A program made the position numbers and the translations under genes. Source: a virus (Duplodnaviria; Caudoviricetes). From it: DNA of 26,868 nt. Each line of letters opens with the position of its first letter. The stretch's first letter is position 1. The notes beneath the pieces are model-generated. The model was not told the origin of the DNA. It saw only the letters and a list, made by a program, of their open reading frames with translations, and ran no database searches. The stretch is taken from IMG/VR virus record IMGVR_UViG_3300012952_000106, positions 1 through 26,868 of that record; one strand, given 5' to 3'. Shown here piece after piece: positions 8,073 to 16,884 of this stretch.

Positions 8073-9041
8073 ATGAAAAGAATAATGATTATTGATGCCC
8101 TCAATCAATTTTTGAGAGCTTATATTGTAAATCCAACTTTATCCACAAATGGAGATCCCATCGGCGGAACTGTTGGGTTCCTTAAAATTTTGCAAAAACT
8201 TTGTCGAGAGATTAAGCCCGATCGAGTTGTTGTCTGCTGGGACGGCAAAGGCGGCAGCACAAGAAGGAAGCTTGTCAACAAAAATTATAAGGAGGGGAGG
8301 AAGCCTCTTCGTTTGAATCGCGATGTCAAGAACCTTACGGAGGAGGAGGAGCTTCAAAATAAAGTATGGCAACAATTGCGACTTGTAGAATATTTAAACA
8401 ACTTTCCAGTAACTCAGTTGGTGTCAGATGGCGCCGAAGCAGATGATGTGATATCATTGGTAGCTCAGATGCCCGACTTTCAAGATTGGCAGAAAGTTAT
8501 TGTATCTAGTGACAAAGACTTCTTTCAGTTGTTGGATGATAAAACAGTTGCTTATCGCCCGACACAAAAAGAAGTTTTAAATAAAAATAATATTATTGAA
8601 AAATATAAAATTCATCCGACAAACTTTGCTCTTGCCCGGGCAATTGTGGGAGACAAAAGCGATAACTTAGATGGAGTGCCGGGCATCGGCTTGGCAACTG
8701 TCGCAAAGAGATTACCGTTTCTGGGCGAGGAAAAAACTTATGGTATTGACAAGGTGATTGAATTTTGTGAAAATTCTAATTCTACCTTAAAGGCATATCA
8801 AAACATTTCTGAACATGAGGGGACAATTAAAGAAAACTATCAATTGATGCAGCTATACGCGCCCAGCATCTCAGTGCAAAACAAAATTAAAATAAAATCT
8901 TCAATAAGAGATACCGAGTTGGCCTTCAACAAGACCCTTACGAATGGAATGATGTTGGAGGACGGCATTGGAAAAACAAATTGGAACGATTTGTATACAG
9001 CTTTTCGAAAAATTGTTATAGGAGGTAAAGATGAGTTATAA
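8073..9041 (+). CDS. 5'-3' exonuclease / flap endonuclease (Pol I N-terminal or T4 RNase H-like)
   Basis: IIDALN, VCWDG, YKEGR, EADDVI, SSDKDFFQL, GDKSDNLDGVPGIG (HhH) motifs. Confidence 0.92.
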   Translation: MKRIMIIDALNQFLRAYIVNPTLSTNGDPIGGTVGFLKILQKLCREIKPDRVVVCWDGKGGSTRRKLVNKNYKEGRKPLRLNRDVKNLTEEEELQNKVWQQLRLVEYLNNFPVTQLVSDGAEADDVISLVAQMPDFQDWQKVIVSSDKDFFQLLDDKTVAYRPTQKEVLNKNNIIEKYKIHPTNFALARAIVGDKSDNLDGVPGIGLATVAKRLPFLGEEKTYGIDKVIEFCENSNSTLKAYQNISEHEGTIKENYQLMQLYAPSISVQNKIKIKSSIRDTELAFNKTLTNGMMLEDGIGKTNWNDLYTAFRKIVIGGKDEL

Positions 9042-9375
9042 AATTGACAAACCATGGGGTCACGAAGAGATATGGGCCCAGACCCACAGGTATGTGGGTA
9101 AGCTGCTCGTTATAGAGCCAGGAGAGCGCCTCTCTCGCCAGTATCATGAAGTAAAGGACGAAACAATTTATGTTTTAGACGGCAAGCTTGTGCTGGAGAT
9201 TGGCAGTGAAGACGAATTGGAAAGGCTCATTTTGGGAAAAGGGTCTTCCTATCACATTCAGCCTGGAATTGTTCATCGCTTTTGTGCCCCATCAGGTGGT
9301 TGTACTTTAATAGAGGTATCCACCCCAGAGCTAGAAGATGTTGTGAGGATTCAAGATGACTATGGAAGGGATTAG
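9031..9375 (+). CDS. Cupin-domain protein (mannose-6-phosphate isomerase type II C-terminal-like)
   Basis: KPWGHEE, RLSRQYHEVKDET, PGIVHRF, EVSTPELEDVVR. Confidence 0.85.
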   Translation: MSYKIDKPWGHEEIWAQTHRYVGKLLVIEPGERLSRQYHEVKDETIYVLDGKLVLEIGSEDELERLILGKGSSYHIQPGIVHRFCAPSGGCTLIEVSTPELEDVVRIQDDYGRD

Positions 9376-9568
9376 GAGTTTTTTTGCACTGCTTCTCTTG
9401 GTTGGCTTTGTTCACCAAATTAATGGGGACGAGGTAATTATCAAATACAAGGACCGAGGCAAAACGAGTTATTCTGCCGTTTCTCTTTTCCATTCAGCAT
9501 GTTCCCCGCACGAAGGTCAGAAAGTTTTCTTCTATAGGGATTATAAAATTGTTAGCTGTGAAGAATAA
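9356..9568 (+). CDS. Small hypothetical protein with hydrophobic N-terminus
   Basis: Fills the gap between cupin and KamA genes; true start uncertain (9356 or 9362). Confidence 0.4.
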   Translation: MTMEGIRSFFALLLLVGFVHQINGDEVIIKYKDRGKTSYSAVSLFHSACSPHEGQKVFFYRDYKIVSCEE

Positions 9569-9603
9569 AAGCTGTAATTGGTGTCGAGGGTGCTATTTAA
9601 AGT

Positions 9604-10920
9604 ATGGATTTGTCGTGGCAAAAATTCAGGGATGATGAATTCTGGAGGGAGATCCCTCTCTGGAGGGACGTAGACTATCAAACTTTCTTGGATCACAAGT
9701 GGCAAGAAAAGAACGCCATTACCACTCATAAGAAATTGCTTAAGACAATTTCTGATCTTGTGGATGCTGAGTTTCTAGAAGACGCCAGGATGGGCTTTCA
9801 GAAAGCGCCCATGACTACGCGTATTACCCCATATCTTCTCTCGCTGATGGACTGGGAAGACCCATTTAATTGTCCAATACGAAAGCAGTTCCTCACACTT
9901 GCGTCTCACCTTAAACCTGACCATCCAATGATGCGCTTTGACAGCTTGAACGAACAAGATGACTCTCCAATAAAAGGACTTACACATCGCTACGAGGATA
10001 AGGTTCTGTTCCTCGCCTTGGACACATGCCCTGTGTACTGTCGGTACTGCACCCGTGCATATGCAGTTGGGGGCGACACCGCCACTGCTGAGAAGGTTTC
10101 TATTAAGGCATCTCGCAACCGCTGGGCGGATATGTTTAAATATTTGAGAGAGAACAAACAAATCCAAGATGTTGTTATAAGTGGTGGCGATGCGTTTCGC
10201 CTCAAAGCATCTCAGGTAAAAGAAATAGGAGAAGAGCTTTTAAAGATCGACCATATTAGGAGATTTAGGTTCGCAACAAAAGGCATATCAGTAATGCCCA
10301 TGAAAATAATAACTGACTCGAAATGGACAGACGCTGTTGTGAGGATTGCAGACAAAGCACGATCTCAATATAAAGAGGTGTGCATTCACACTCACTTTAA
10401 TCACACAAACGAGATAACTAAAATAACTCAAGACGCCATGAACCTTTTATTTTCACGAGGCGTTAAGGTTAGAAACCAGTCAGTTTTTCAAAATTCCGTC
10501 AACGACACTCCAGAAACCATGATTCCGCTGGTAAAGAAGCTGGGCTATATTAATGTACAGCCTTATTATGTCTATGTACATGACTTAACTGCCGGAACGG
10601 AAGATATGAGGACGACAGTTAAGACTGCCATGGATCTTGAAAAACGAGTGCGAGGCACCACCGCGGGCTTCAATACTCCCACTTTTGTGGTGGACGCCCC
10701 AGGCGGAGGCGGAAAGCGCGATGTGCATTCCTGTGAATGGTATGATATAATGACTGGCATAAGTGTTTGGGCCGCTCCCAGCGTAAAGCCGGGCAAGAAG
10801 TTTTTGTATTTTGACCCATTGCACCTACTTCCTGATACGCAGTGCCGAGATTATTGGCAAGATAAGGAAATGCAAAAACTCATGATTGAGTCTGCGCTTG
10901 AGGGCCGCGATTTTTGCTAA
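9604..10920 (+). CDS. kamA: KamA-family radical SAM/PLP aminomutase (lysine 2,3-aminomutase-like)
   Basis: GLTHRY.DKVL, CPVYCRYCTR (CxxxCxxC), DVVISGGD, HTHFNH, NQSV, PYY, and the PLP-lysine motif VDAPGGGGK. Confidence 0.9.
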   Translation: MDLSWQKFRDDEFWREIPLWRDVDYQTFLDHKWQEKNAITTHKKLLKTISDLVDAEFLEDARMGFQKAPMTTRITPYLLSLMDWEDPFNCPIRKQFLTLASHLKPDHPMMRFDSLNEQDDSPIKGLTHRYEDKVLFLALDTCPVYCRYCTRAYAVGGDTATAEKVSIKASRNRWADMFKYLRENKQIQDVVISGGDAFRLKASQVKEIGEELLKIDHIRRFRFATKGISVMPMKIITDSKWTDAVVRIADKARSQYKEVCIHTHFNHTNEITKITQDAMNLLFSRGVKVRNQSVFQNSVNDTPETMIPLVKKLGYINVQPYYVYVHDLTAGTEDMRTTVKTAMDLEKRVRGTTAGFNTPTFVVDAPGGGGKRDVHSCEWYDIMTGISVWAAPSVKPGKKFLYFDPLHLLPDTQCRDYWQDKEMQKLMIESALEGRDFC

Positions 10921-10936
10921 AAAGTGAAAATTTGCT

Positions 10937-10965
10937 TTGACAACTGCGTGGGTGTGTGATATTAT
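10937..10965 (+). promoter_or_regulatory. sigma70-type promoter for tRNA-Arg/uvsE
   Basis: TTGACA-17 nt-TATTAT with extended -10 TG. Confidence 0.75.
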
Positions 10966-10978
10966 ATATATAAATTAC

Positions 10979-11052
10979 GCGCCCGTAGCTCAGTTGGATA
11001 GAGCATCGGCCTTCTAAGCCGAGGGTCGCAGGTTCGAATCCTGCCGGGCGTG
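10979..11052 (+). tRNA. tRNA-Arg (anticodon TCT), CCA not encoded
   Basis: Cloverleaf: acceptor GCGCCCG/CGGGCGT, D arm GCTC/GAGC, anticodon arm TCGGC-CTTCTAA-GCCGA, T arm GCAGG-TTCGAAT-CCTGC. Confidence 0.95.
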
Positions 11053-11079
11053 CTTAACTTTTCAACTTTAGGAGACTAA

Positions 11080-12000
11080 ATGACTAATCTAGGCTACGCA
11101 TGCATCAATATGCACTTTTCCTCGCTACCCAAGTCAAAACGAATTACTACAAATCGCTCTATGATTAAGCGCACGTTCCAGGAACGCGGATTGCCCTATG
11201 CTTCAGAACTAGCGTTGCAGAATTGTCGCGACTTACTTAAGGTTCTCAAGTGGAATCACAGCAACGACATCCATTTTTTCCGCCTATCGTCGGACTTGTT
11301 CCCATGGGCTTCTGAATACAAACTCAGTGATCTGCCTGACTATGACGACATTTGTGTTGCTCTGCAAGAGGCGGGCAATTTTGCTTACGATAACGACCAC
11401 CGTATCACGACACACCCAGGTCCATTCAATGTCCTCGGTTCACCGAAACAGCATGTTGTAGACAACACTATCAAAGAACTTAACACTCATGCAGAAATAT
11501 TCGACATGATGGGCCTGCCCACCACTCCATATGCTAAGATCAACATACACGTTGGCGGCACATACGGTGGCGATTTCACAGGCACCGCCAAGCGCTGGTG
11601 TGCCAACTTTCACAGGCTATCCGAAACCGCTCAGGCTCGTATTACTGTAGAAAACGACGACAAGGCATCTATGTGGTCAACACGCCACTTATACGATTAT
11701 ATTCACAAAGAGACTCTTATTCCTATCGTACATGACGTACACCATCACAAGTTCTGTACTGGTGGTCTTACTGACAAGGAAGCTATGTCGTTAGCTGCCT
11801 CTACGTGGTTCGGTATCAAACCTGTCATTCACTATTCGCAGGATCGCAGCGTAGAACATAACGATCCAAAAATTCGCGCTCAAGCCCACTCCGATTCATA
11901 TTGGACACCTGTTGACACACACGGCTTAGACGTTGACGTTATGCTAGAGTGCAAACACAAAGAGATTGGCTTATTTAAAATGCGCCAACTTTTAGCTTGA
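11080..12000 (+). CDS. uvsE: UV DNA damage endonuclease (UvsE/UVDE)
   Basis: LGYACIN, FFRLSSDLFPWAS, RITTHPGPFNVL, INIHVGG, VENDDK, DVHHH, HYS, AHSD, MLECKHKE. Confidence 0.93.
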   Translation: MTNLGYACINMHFSSLPKSKRITTNRSMIKRTFQERGLPYASELALQNCRDLLKVLKWNHSNDIHFFRLSSDLFPWASEYKLSDLPDYDDICVALQEAGNFAYDNDHRITTHPGPFNVLGSPKQHVVDNTIKELNTHAEIFDMMGLPTTPYAKINIHVGGTYGGDFTGTAKRWCANFHRLSETAQARITVENDDKASMWSTRHLYDYIHKETLIPIVHDVHHHKFCTGGLTDKEAMSLAASTWFGIKPVIHYSQDRSVEHNDPKIRAQAHSDSYWTPVDTHGLDVDVMLECKHKEIGLFKMRQLLA

Positions 12001-12025
12001 CAAATCGTGAAATATGTTTTATGAT
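11997..12025 (+). promoter_or_regulatory. sigma70-type promoter for tRNA-Leu
   Basis: TTGACA-17 nt-TATGAT, overlapping the uvsE stop codon. Confidence 0.7.
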
Positions 12026-12038
12026 TGGAATATGATTT

Positions 12039-12123
12039 GGCTGAATGGCGGAATTGGTAGACGCAAGGGACTTAAAATCCCTTGTCCAGCATGGGCGTGA
12101 GGGTTCGAGTCCCTCTTCAGCTA
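12039..12123 (+). tRNA. tRNA-Leu (anticodon TAA), long variable arm, CCA not encoded
   Basis: Acceptor GGCTGAA/TTCAGCT, anticodon arm AGGGA-CTTAAAA-TCCCT, T arm GAGGG-TTCGAGT-CCCTC. Confidence 0.95.
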
Positions 12124-12139
12124 CTTAGGAGACTATAGG

Positions 12140-12361
12140 TTGCCAGAAAAGATAAAATTTACGTGCCCCATTTGTGAGCAAGATTTTTATAATACAGACT
12201 TTCACAAGGATTTCGCAGCAGATAGTTGTGAGTGTGGTAATCTTACAATTACCATAAGAGACTTTACCAGCCCAGTCAGATGTAAAAACTATTTGGCCAT
12301 CGGATTTAAAGAAAAAAAACCCGTGTTCGAATTCAAGGAAAAAAGGAAAAAGAAGGAATAG
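12140..12361 (+). CDS. Small zinc-ribbon protein
   Basis: TTG start after SD AGGAG; CPIC...CECG; basic C-terminus. Confidence 0.65.
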   Translation: MPEKIKFTCPICEQDFYNTDFHKDFAADSCECGNLTITIRDFTSPVRCKNYLAIGFKEKKPVFEFKEKRKKKE

Positions 12362-12371
12362 ATTATATTAC

Positions 12372-12445
12372 GCTCCTGTAGCTCAGTTGGTTAGAGCTAC
12401 CCGCTCATAACGGGGAGGTCGTAGGTTCAAATCCTACCGGGAGCA
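12372..12445 (+). tRNA. tRNA with CAT anticodon, probably Ile2 (lysidine type) rather than Met
   Basis: Acceptor GCTCCTG/CGGGAGC with paired 1-72 (not initiator) and C4-G69/C5-G68; loop CTCATAA; T arm GTAGG-TTCAAAT-CCTAC. The tRNA call is firm; the Ile2 identity is inference. Confidence 0.85.
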
Positions 12446-12468
12446 TATTTTCTGTTTCTTATAAAAAA

Positions 12469-12807
12469 ATGAAGATTGCTTTAGGAGTTATGTTTTTTGC
12501 TATTGGGAATGTGCTGGCCTGGTTTCAGTTTAATTCTCAATTTGTTTGGGATTGGTGGAAAAATAAACCAATCATATCTAATCTAATTTTCGCGATACCA
12601 ATGGGACTGTGCTTTTGGTATGCGGTAAAGAACATAGTGGAAGAAACGGGCCTTCTTTGGTCGTCAAAAATTATTGGATTTGGAGTGGGGCAAGTTATCT
12701 TTGCTGTGATGACATACGCCCTAATGAAAGAGAGTATATTTACAACAAAAACTTTAATTTGTATATTGCTTTCAATTATTATTATTTGGATACAAGTATG
12801 GAAATAG
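12469..12807 (+). CDS. Small four-helix membrane protein (SMR/DMT-like topology)
   Basis: Four hydrophobic segments in 112 aa. Confidence 0.65.
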   Translation: MKIALGVMFFAIGNVLAWFQFNSQFVWDWWKNKPIISNLIFAIPMGLCFWYAVKNIVEETGLLWSSKIIGFGVGQVIFAVMTYALMKESIFTTKTLICILLSIIIIWIQVWK

Positions 12808-12989
12808 AAGACAAAATTGGGATAGAAAAAATAAGTTTTTGGACATTTTTGACGCTAATTGTGTTATACTTTGTTTCAAAGGATGGCAGCGAACATAAGC
12901 GACTTTTGGGCTACAGCCTGGTTTTTGGGTTTATAGTGCCAAAAGTTGCTGGCTTTTTAACTTTAATATTCTTCTTAAGTTTATTATAG
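12798..12989 (+). CDS. Small two-helix membrane protein
   Basis: Likely start at ATG 12798 (MEIEDKIG...), overlapping the end of the previous gene; two hydrophobic segments. Confidence 0.45.
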   Translation: MEIEDKIGIEKISFWTFLTLIVLYFVSKDGSEHKRLLGYSLVFGFIVPKVAGFLTLIFFLSLL

Positions 12990-12990
12990 G

Positions 12991-13019
12991 TTGACATGCC
13001 TAGAGAAATACTGTATTAT
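12991..13019 (+). promoter_or_regulatory. sigma70-type promoter for the helicase-RNR unit
   Basis: TTGACA-17 nt-TATTAT. Confidence 0.75.
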
Positions 13020-13044
13020 CATATAAACCTGGGAGAGGTGAGAA

Positions 13045-14412
13045 TTGAACTACACTGAACAAGAAGATTTTTCTCAATTTGGTAAAGGATTCCAAGAGAA
13101 TCTCTGTCAATTGATCTTCGGCGACCGCAGCTTCTCTGATCAAATGAAGGAGGTGCTGAACATCAATTTTTTAGAATTTAAGTACCTTCAAGTCTTTGTG
13201 AGGCTTGTCTTTAATTATAAAGAAAAGTATGGACGGCAACCATCTGAGACCATTATGGCCACAATCCTAAGAACTGAATTGGCCAACGAAAATGAGCTTA
13301 TTGTAAAACAGATACGTGATTTTTTTGCAAGAATGTCTCGGACAGAGGTCCAGGACGAAGAGTATATAAAAGATGTCGCAATAGATTTTTGTAAAAAGCA
13401 GGTATTAAAAGAGGCGATATTAAAGTCCGTCCCCCTACTTAAAAAATCTTCCTTTGGCGACATCCAAAAGTTGATCAACGAGGCCATGAAACTCGGCAAC
13501 GATAACGATGATGGGTATCACTATATTAAAGATTTTGAAAGGCGTTTTGAAATTAAATCCAGAGACCCCGTTACGACTGGGTGGAAAATTGTTGACGGCC
13601 TAACTAAAGGAGGTATTGGTAATGGAGAACTTGGCGTGGTTATTGCTCCGACAGGCGCAGGAAAATCGATGGCCCTGGTCCACTTGGGCGCCCAGGCAGT
13701 CAAAGCGGGAAAAACAGTAGTACACTATACTTTGGAACTAGCAGATACTGTCGTGGCCTCAAGGTACGACAGTTGTATTACTGGGATTCCCCTGCAAGAG
13801 CTTTTTAATAAGAAAGAGGAAATTTACGAGGAAATTAAAGATATTTCTGGAAAATTAATTGTAAAGGAGTATCCAACAAAATCAGCTGGAGTTGAGACAC
13901 TTCGTAATCATTTAGATAAGTTACAACAGCAAGAAATTTCTGTTGATATGATTATTGTAGATTATGGAGATTTATTACGCTCAACTTCAAAAAATGATGA
14001 GAAAAGACACCAGTTGGAATCTATTTATGAAGAGCTAAGAGGATTGGCTCAAATAAATTCATGTCCTATTTGGACAGCTTCTCAAACAAATCGATCGGGC
14101 TTGAATGCCGAAGTAATTACAATGGAGGCGATATCGGAAGCTTTTAACAAATGTTTTGTGGCAGACTTTATATTCTCGATATCCAGAACCATACAACACA
14201 AAAATTGTAACAGCGGGAGGGTTTTTATTGCTAAAAATAGAAATGGCCCAGATGGAATAGTATATCCCATTTTTATGGATACTGCCAATGTCAAAATTGA
14301 TGTTCTGCCTCAGATTGAGACGTTTGAAGAAATTAAAAAAAGTGAAGTTAAAAAACAAGAACAGACGTTACAAGAGAAGTATAAAAACTATAGAAAAACA
14401 AGGAGAACTTAA
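13045..14412 (+). CDS. dnaB: Replicative DnaB-like (SF4, T4 gp41-like) helicase
   Basis: TTGW..VD..TKGG, APTGAGKS (Walker A), YTLEL, IIVDYGDL, WTASQTNR, AKNRNG; TTG start. Confidence 0.92.
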   Translation: MNYTEQEDFSQFGKGFQENLCQLIFGDRSFSDQMKEVLNINFLEFKYLQVFVRLVFNYKEKYGRQPSETIMATILRTELANENELIVKQIRDFFARMSRTEVQDEEYIKDVAIDFCKKQVLKEAILKSVPLLKKSSFGDIQKLINEAMKLGNDNDDGYHYIKDFERRFEIKSRDPVTTGWKIVDGLTKGGIGNGELGVVIAPTGAGKSMALVHLGAQAVKAGKTVVHYTLELADTVVASRYDSCITGIPLQELFNKKEEIYEEIKDISGKLIVKEYPTKSAGVETLRNHLDKLQQQEISVDMIIVDYGDLLRSTSKNDEKRHQLESIYEELRGLAQINSCPIWTASQTNRSGLNAEVITMEAISEAFNKCFVADFIFSISRTIQHKNCNSGRVFIAKNRNGPDGIVYPIFMDTANVKIDVLPQIETFEEIKKSEVKKQEQTLQEKYKNYRKTRRT

Positions 14413-14415
14413 CAG

Positions 14416-16275
14416 ATGACAGACGTAGCAAGACAGATCCTTTCGGATATTACAGTGCATATGAAGTATGCAAGATATTTGCCTGATAAAGAAAGGAGGG
14501 AGACGTGGACAGAGTTAGTAAACAGAAATAAGAAAATGCACATAAAGAAGTACCCGCAATTGCGCGACGAGATTAATGAGGCATACAAATATGTGCACCA
14601 AAAAAAGGTCTTGCCTTCGATGAGGTCAATGCAGTTTGGCGGCAAGCCAATTGAGGTGGCCCCTAATCGAGTTTTTAATTGTGCTTTCTTGCCCGTCGAC
14701 GATTGGCGCTCTTTCAGTGAGATTATGTTTTTGCTCCTGGGTGGCACCGGCGTTGGATATAGTATACAAATGCACCATGTCGAGCAATTGCCAGAAATTC
14801 AAACTCCGAGCACTAAACGCTCTAGGCGCCATTTAATTGGCGACTCGATCGAGGGATGGGCTGATGCAATTAAAGTATTGATGAAGAGTTATTTTTATGG
14901 TGGCTCCAAGGTGAGGTTTGATTATAGCGATATCCGTCCCAAAGGCTCCAGACTTGTGACGTCTGGCGGCAAAGCGCCCGGGCCACAGCCATTACGAGAG
15001 TGCCTGGTTAAGTTAGAGGGAATTCTATCTTTAAAGGAAACGGGAGACAAACTAACGCCCATAGAGGTCCATGATATTGTGTGCCATATCGCAGATGCTG
15101 TTTTAGCCGGCGGAATTCGAAGGGCTGCGCTTATTGCACTCTTTAGCGCTGATGATGACGAGATGATTGCAGCTAAAAGCGGCCATTGGTGGGAGAAAAA
15201 CCCCCAGCGAGGGCGAGCCAACAACTCGGTGGTGTTAATGCGACATCGAATCACAGAAGAATACTTTCAAGAACTCTGGGAGAGGGTTAGGGCTAGCGGA
15301 GCAGGTGAGCCTGGATTTTATTTTACGAACGATAAGGACTGGGGCACAAATCCATGTTGTGAAATTGGCCTTAGACCATATCAGTTTTGTAACCTTACAG
15401 AAATAAATGTTTCAGATGTTGACTCCCAAGAGGAATATGAATCACGCGCCCGGGCCGCAACACTAATAGGCACGCTACAAGCCAGCTACACTGATTTCCA
15501 CTATCTTCGCGATGTTTGGAAGCGGAATACAGAAAAGGATGCTCTAGTCGGCGTGTCTATGACGGGAATTGGCTCAGGCCGCGTGCTTAATTTAGATATG
15601 AAGGCCGCCGCTCGCGCCGTCAAGTCTGAAAACAAGAGAATCTCAAAATTAATTGGAATTAACGAGGCTGCCAGGATGACATGTGTGAAGCCAGCAGGCA
15701 CGACTAGTTTAACTCTTGGGACTTCCAGTGGCATACATGCGTGGCACAATGATTATTATATTAGGCGCCTTCGGGTTGGCAAGAACGAGGCCATATATAC
15801 TCACCTGTATATACACCATCCAGAATTAGTTGAGGATGAATATTTTAGGCCGCACGACACGGCAGTCATTAGCGTTCCACAAAAGGCGCCGGAAGGGTCT
15901 ATACTTCGCCATGAGTCGCCCACCAAACTGCTGCGGAGGGTGAAAAAAGTAAGCAAAGAGTGGATTCGCACTGGTCACAAGAGGGGCCAAAATTCTCACA
16001 ATGTCTCTGCTACGATCAGTATCAAGGAAAAAGAATGGGATGCTGTGGGCAAGTGGATGTGGGAAAATCGAGATTGTTACAATGGGCTCAGCGTACTTCC
16101 TTATGATGGCGGCTCTTACAAGCAAGCGCCTTTCGAGGATTGCACTGAAGAAGAATACGAAAATTTAATTAAAACCTTAAAAAAGGTTGACTTAAAGAAT
16201 GTTATCGAGTATGATGATAATACAGACTTGACCGGCGAATTAGCATGTGCCGGTGGAGCATGCGAACTCAAATAA
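14416..16275 (+). CDS. nrdJ: Class II (adenosylcobalamin-dependent) ribonucleotide reductase, monomeric RTPR type
   Basis: LPSMRSMQFGG, FNCAF, GGTGVG, GGIRRAA, GTNPCCEI, CVKPAGT and C-terminal CAGGAC redox pair; no beta-subunit gene adjacent. Confidence 0.88.
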   Translation: MTDVARQILSDITVHMKYARYLPDKERRETWTELVNRNKKMHIKKYPQLRDEINEAYKYVHQKKVLPSMRSMQFGGKPIEVAPNRVFNCAFLPVDDWRSFSEIMFLLLGGTGVGYSIQMHHVEQLPEIQTPSTKRSRRHLIGDSIEGWADAIKVLMKSYFYGGSKVRFDYSDIRPKGSRLVTSGGKAPGPQPLRECLVKLEGILSLKETGDKLTPIEVHDIVCHIADAVLAGGIRRAALIALFSADDDEMIAAKSGHWWEKNPQRGRANNSVVLMRHRITEEYFQELWERVRASGAGEPGFYFTNDKDWGTNPCCEIGLRPYQFCNLTEINVSDVDSQEEYESRARAATLIGTLQASYTDFHYLRDVWKRNTEKDALVGVSMTGIGSGRVLNLDMKAAARAVKSENKRISKLIGINEAARMTCVKPAGTTSLTLGTSSGIHAWHNDYYIRRLRVGKNEAIYTHLYIHHPELVEDEYFRPHDTAVISVPQKAPEGSILRHESPTKLLRRVKKVSKEWIRTGHKRGQNSHNVSATISIKEKEWDAVGKWMWENRDCYNGLSVLPYDGGSYKQAPFEDCTEEEYENLIKTLKKVDLKNVIEYDDNTDLTGELACAGGACELK

Positions 16276-16286
16276 TAGGAGGAAAT

Positions 16287-16577
16287 ATGAGTAGTGCTTT
16301 AAAAATAGTTGGCGACAACTTAACAGAAGAGGAAACCAAAGAACAATACGTTGTGACTTATTTGAAATCAATGTTGGCCATCGAAGAAGCCATAGAGCCT
16401 TATAAAGAACAAAAAAAGGATCTTCGTAAGGAGTATATTGAAAATGGGTGGCTTTCTAAGGATGATATCTGGGCAGCCGTTAAAGCGTTGCGCCTTTATG
16501 AAAAAGGTGCAGACATGGATGGCCTCAATGACATGTTTGATGCTATCGAAAAGAAATTTGGAGCAAAAGATGTTTAA
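16287..16577 (+). CDS. Small helical dsDNA-binding protein (T4 DsbA/GapR-like)
   Basis: ATG 16287 after SD AGGAGG; pattern IEE....KEQKKDLRKEY..NG......AVKALR recalls DsbA/DUF2312 proteins. Confidence 0.5.
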   Translation: MSSALKIVGDNLTEEETKEQYVVTYLKSMLAIEEAIEPYKEQKKDLRKEYIENGWLSKDDIWAAVKALRLYEKGADMDGLNDMFDAIEKKFGAKDV

Positions 16578-16860
16578 GCCTGTAAATAGGTATCTTCTTG
16601 TAGAAGAAGTTAAAGAGGTCCGGGAAAAAACAAAAGAAGGAGAGTCTTTTGTCTTGGTACCAGATGATTATAAAATAGCTAAAAAATCTCTCTACGGAGT
16701 GTATAATGTACTTGAAGCAGCAGAAGACTGCGAAAAGGTTTTAGATTGCAAGAATAAACAAGTTGTTGTAGATGAAACAATGGTACAAGAAATAGTATTA
16801 AACAGTGAAACTTACTATTTAGTATTAGAAAACTATGTTTACGGAGTGCGTATGACATAG
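16570..16860 (+). CDS. GroES-like co-chaperonin
   Basis: ATG 16570; MFKPVNRYLLVE...LVPD...EIVLNSETYYLVLENYVYGV matches the Cpn10 pattern; 96 aa. Confidence 0.7.
   Translation: MFKPVNRYLLVEEVKEVREKTKEGESFVLVPDDYKIAKKSLYGVYNVLEAAEDCEKVLDCKNKQVVVDETMVQEIVLNSETYYLVLENYVYGVRMT
16815..16821 (+). promoter_or_regulatory. CTATTTA putative late-promoter motif inside the GroES-like gene
   Basis: TACTATTTAG about 64 nt upstream of ORF 16885, which carries the KLYQLVKEAL leader. Confidence 0.4.
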
Positions 16861-16884
16861 TGAAGCACATGAGGGAAAAAATGA

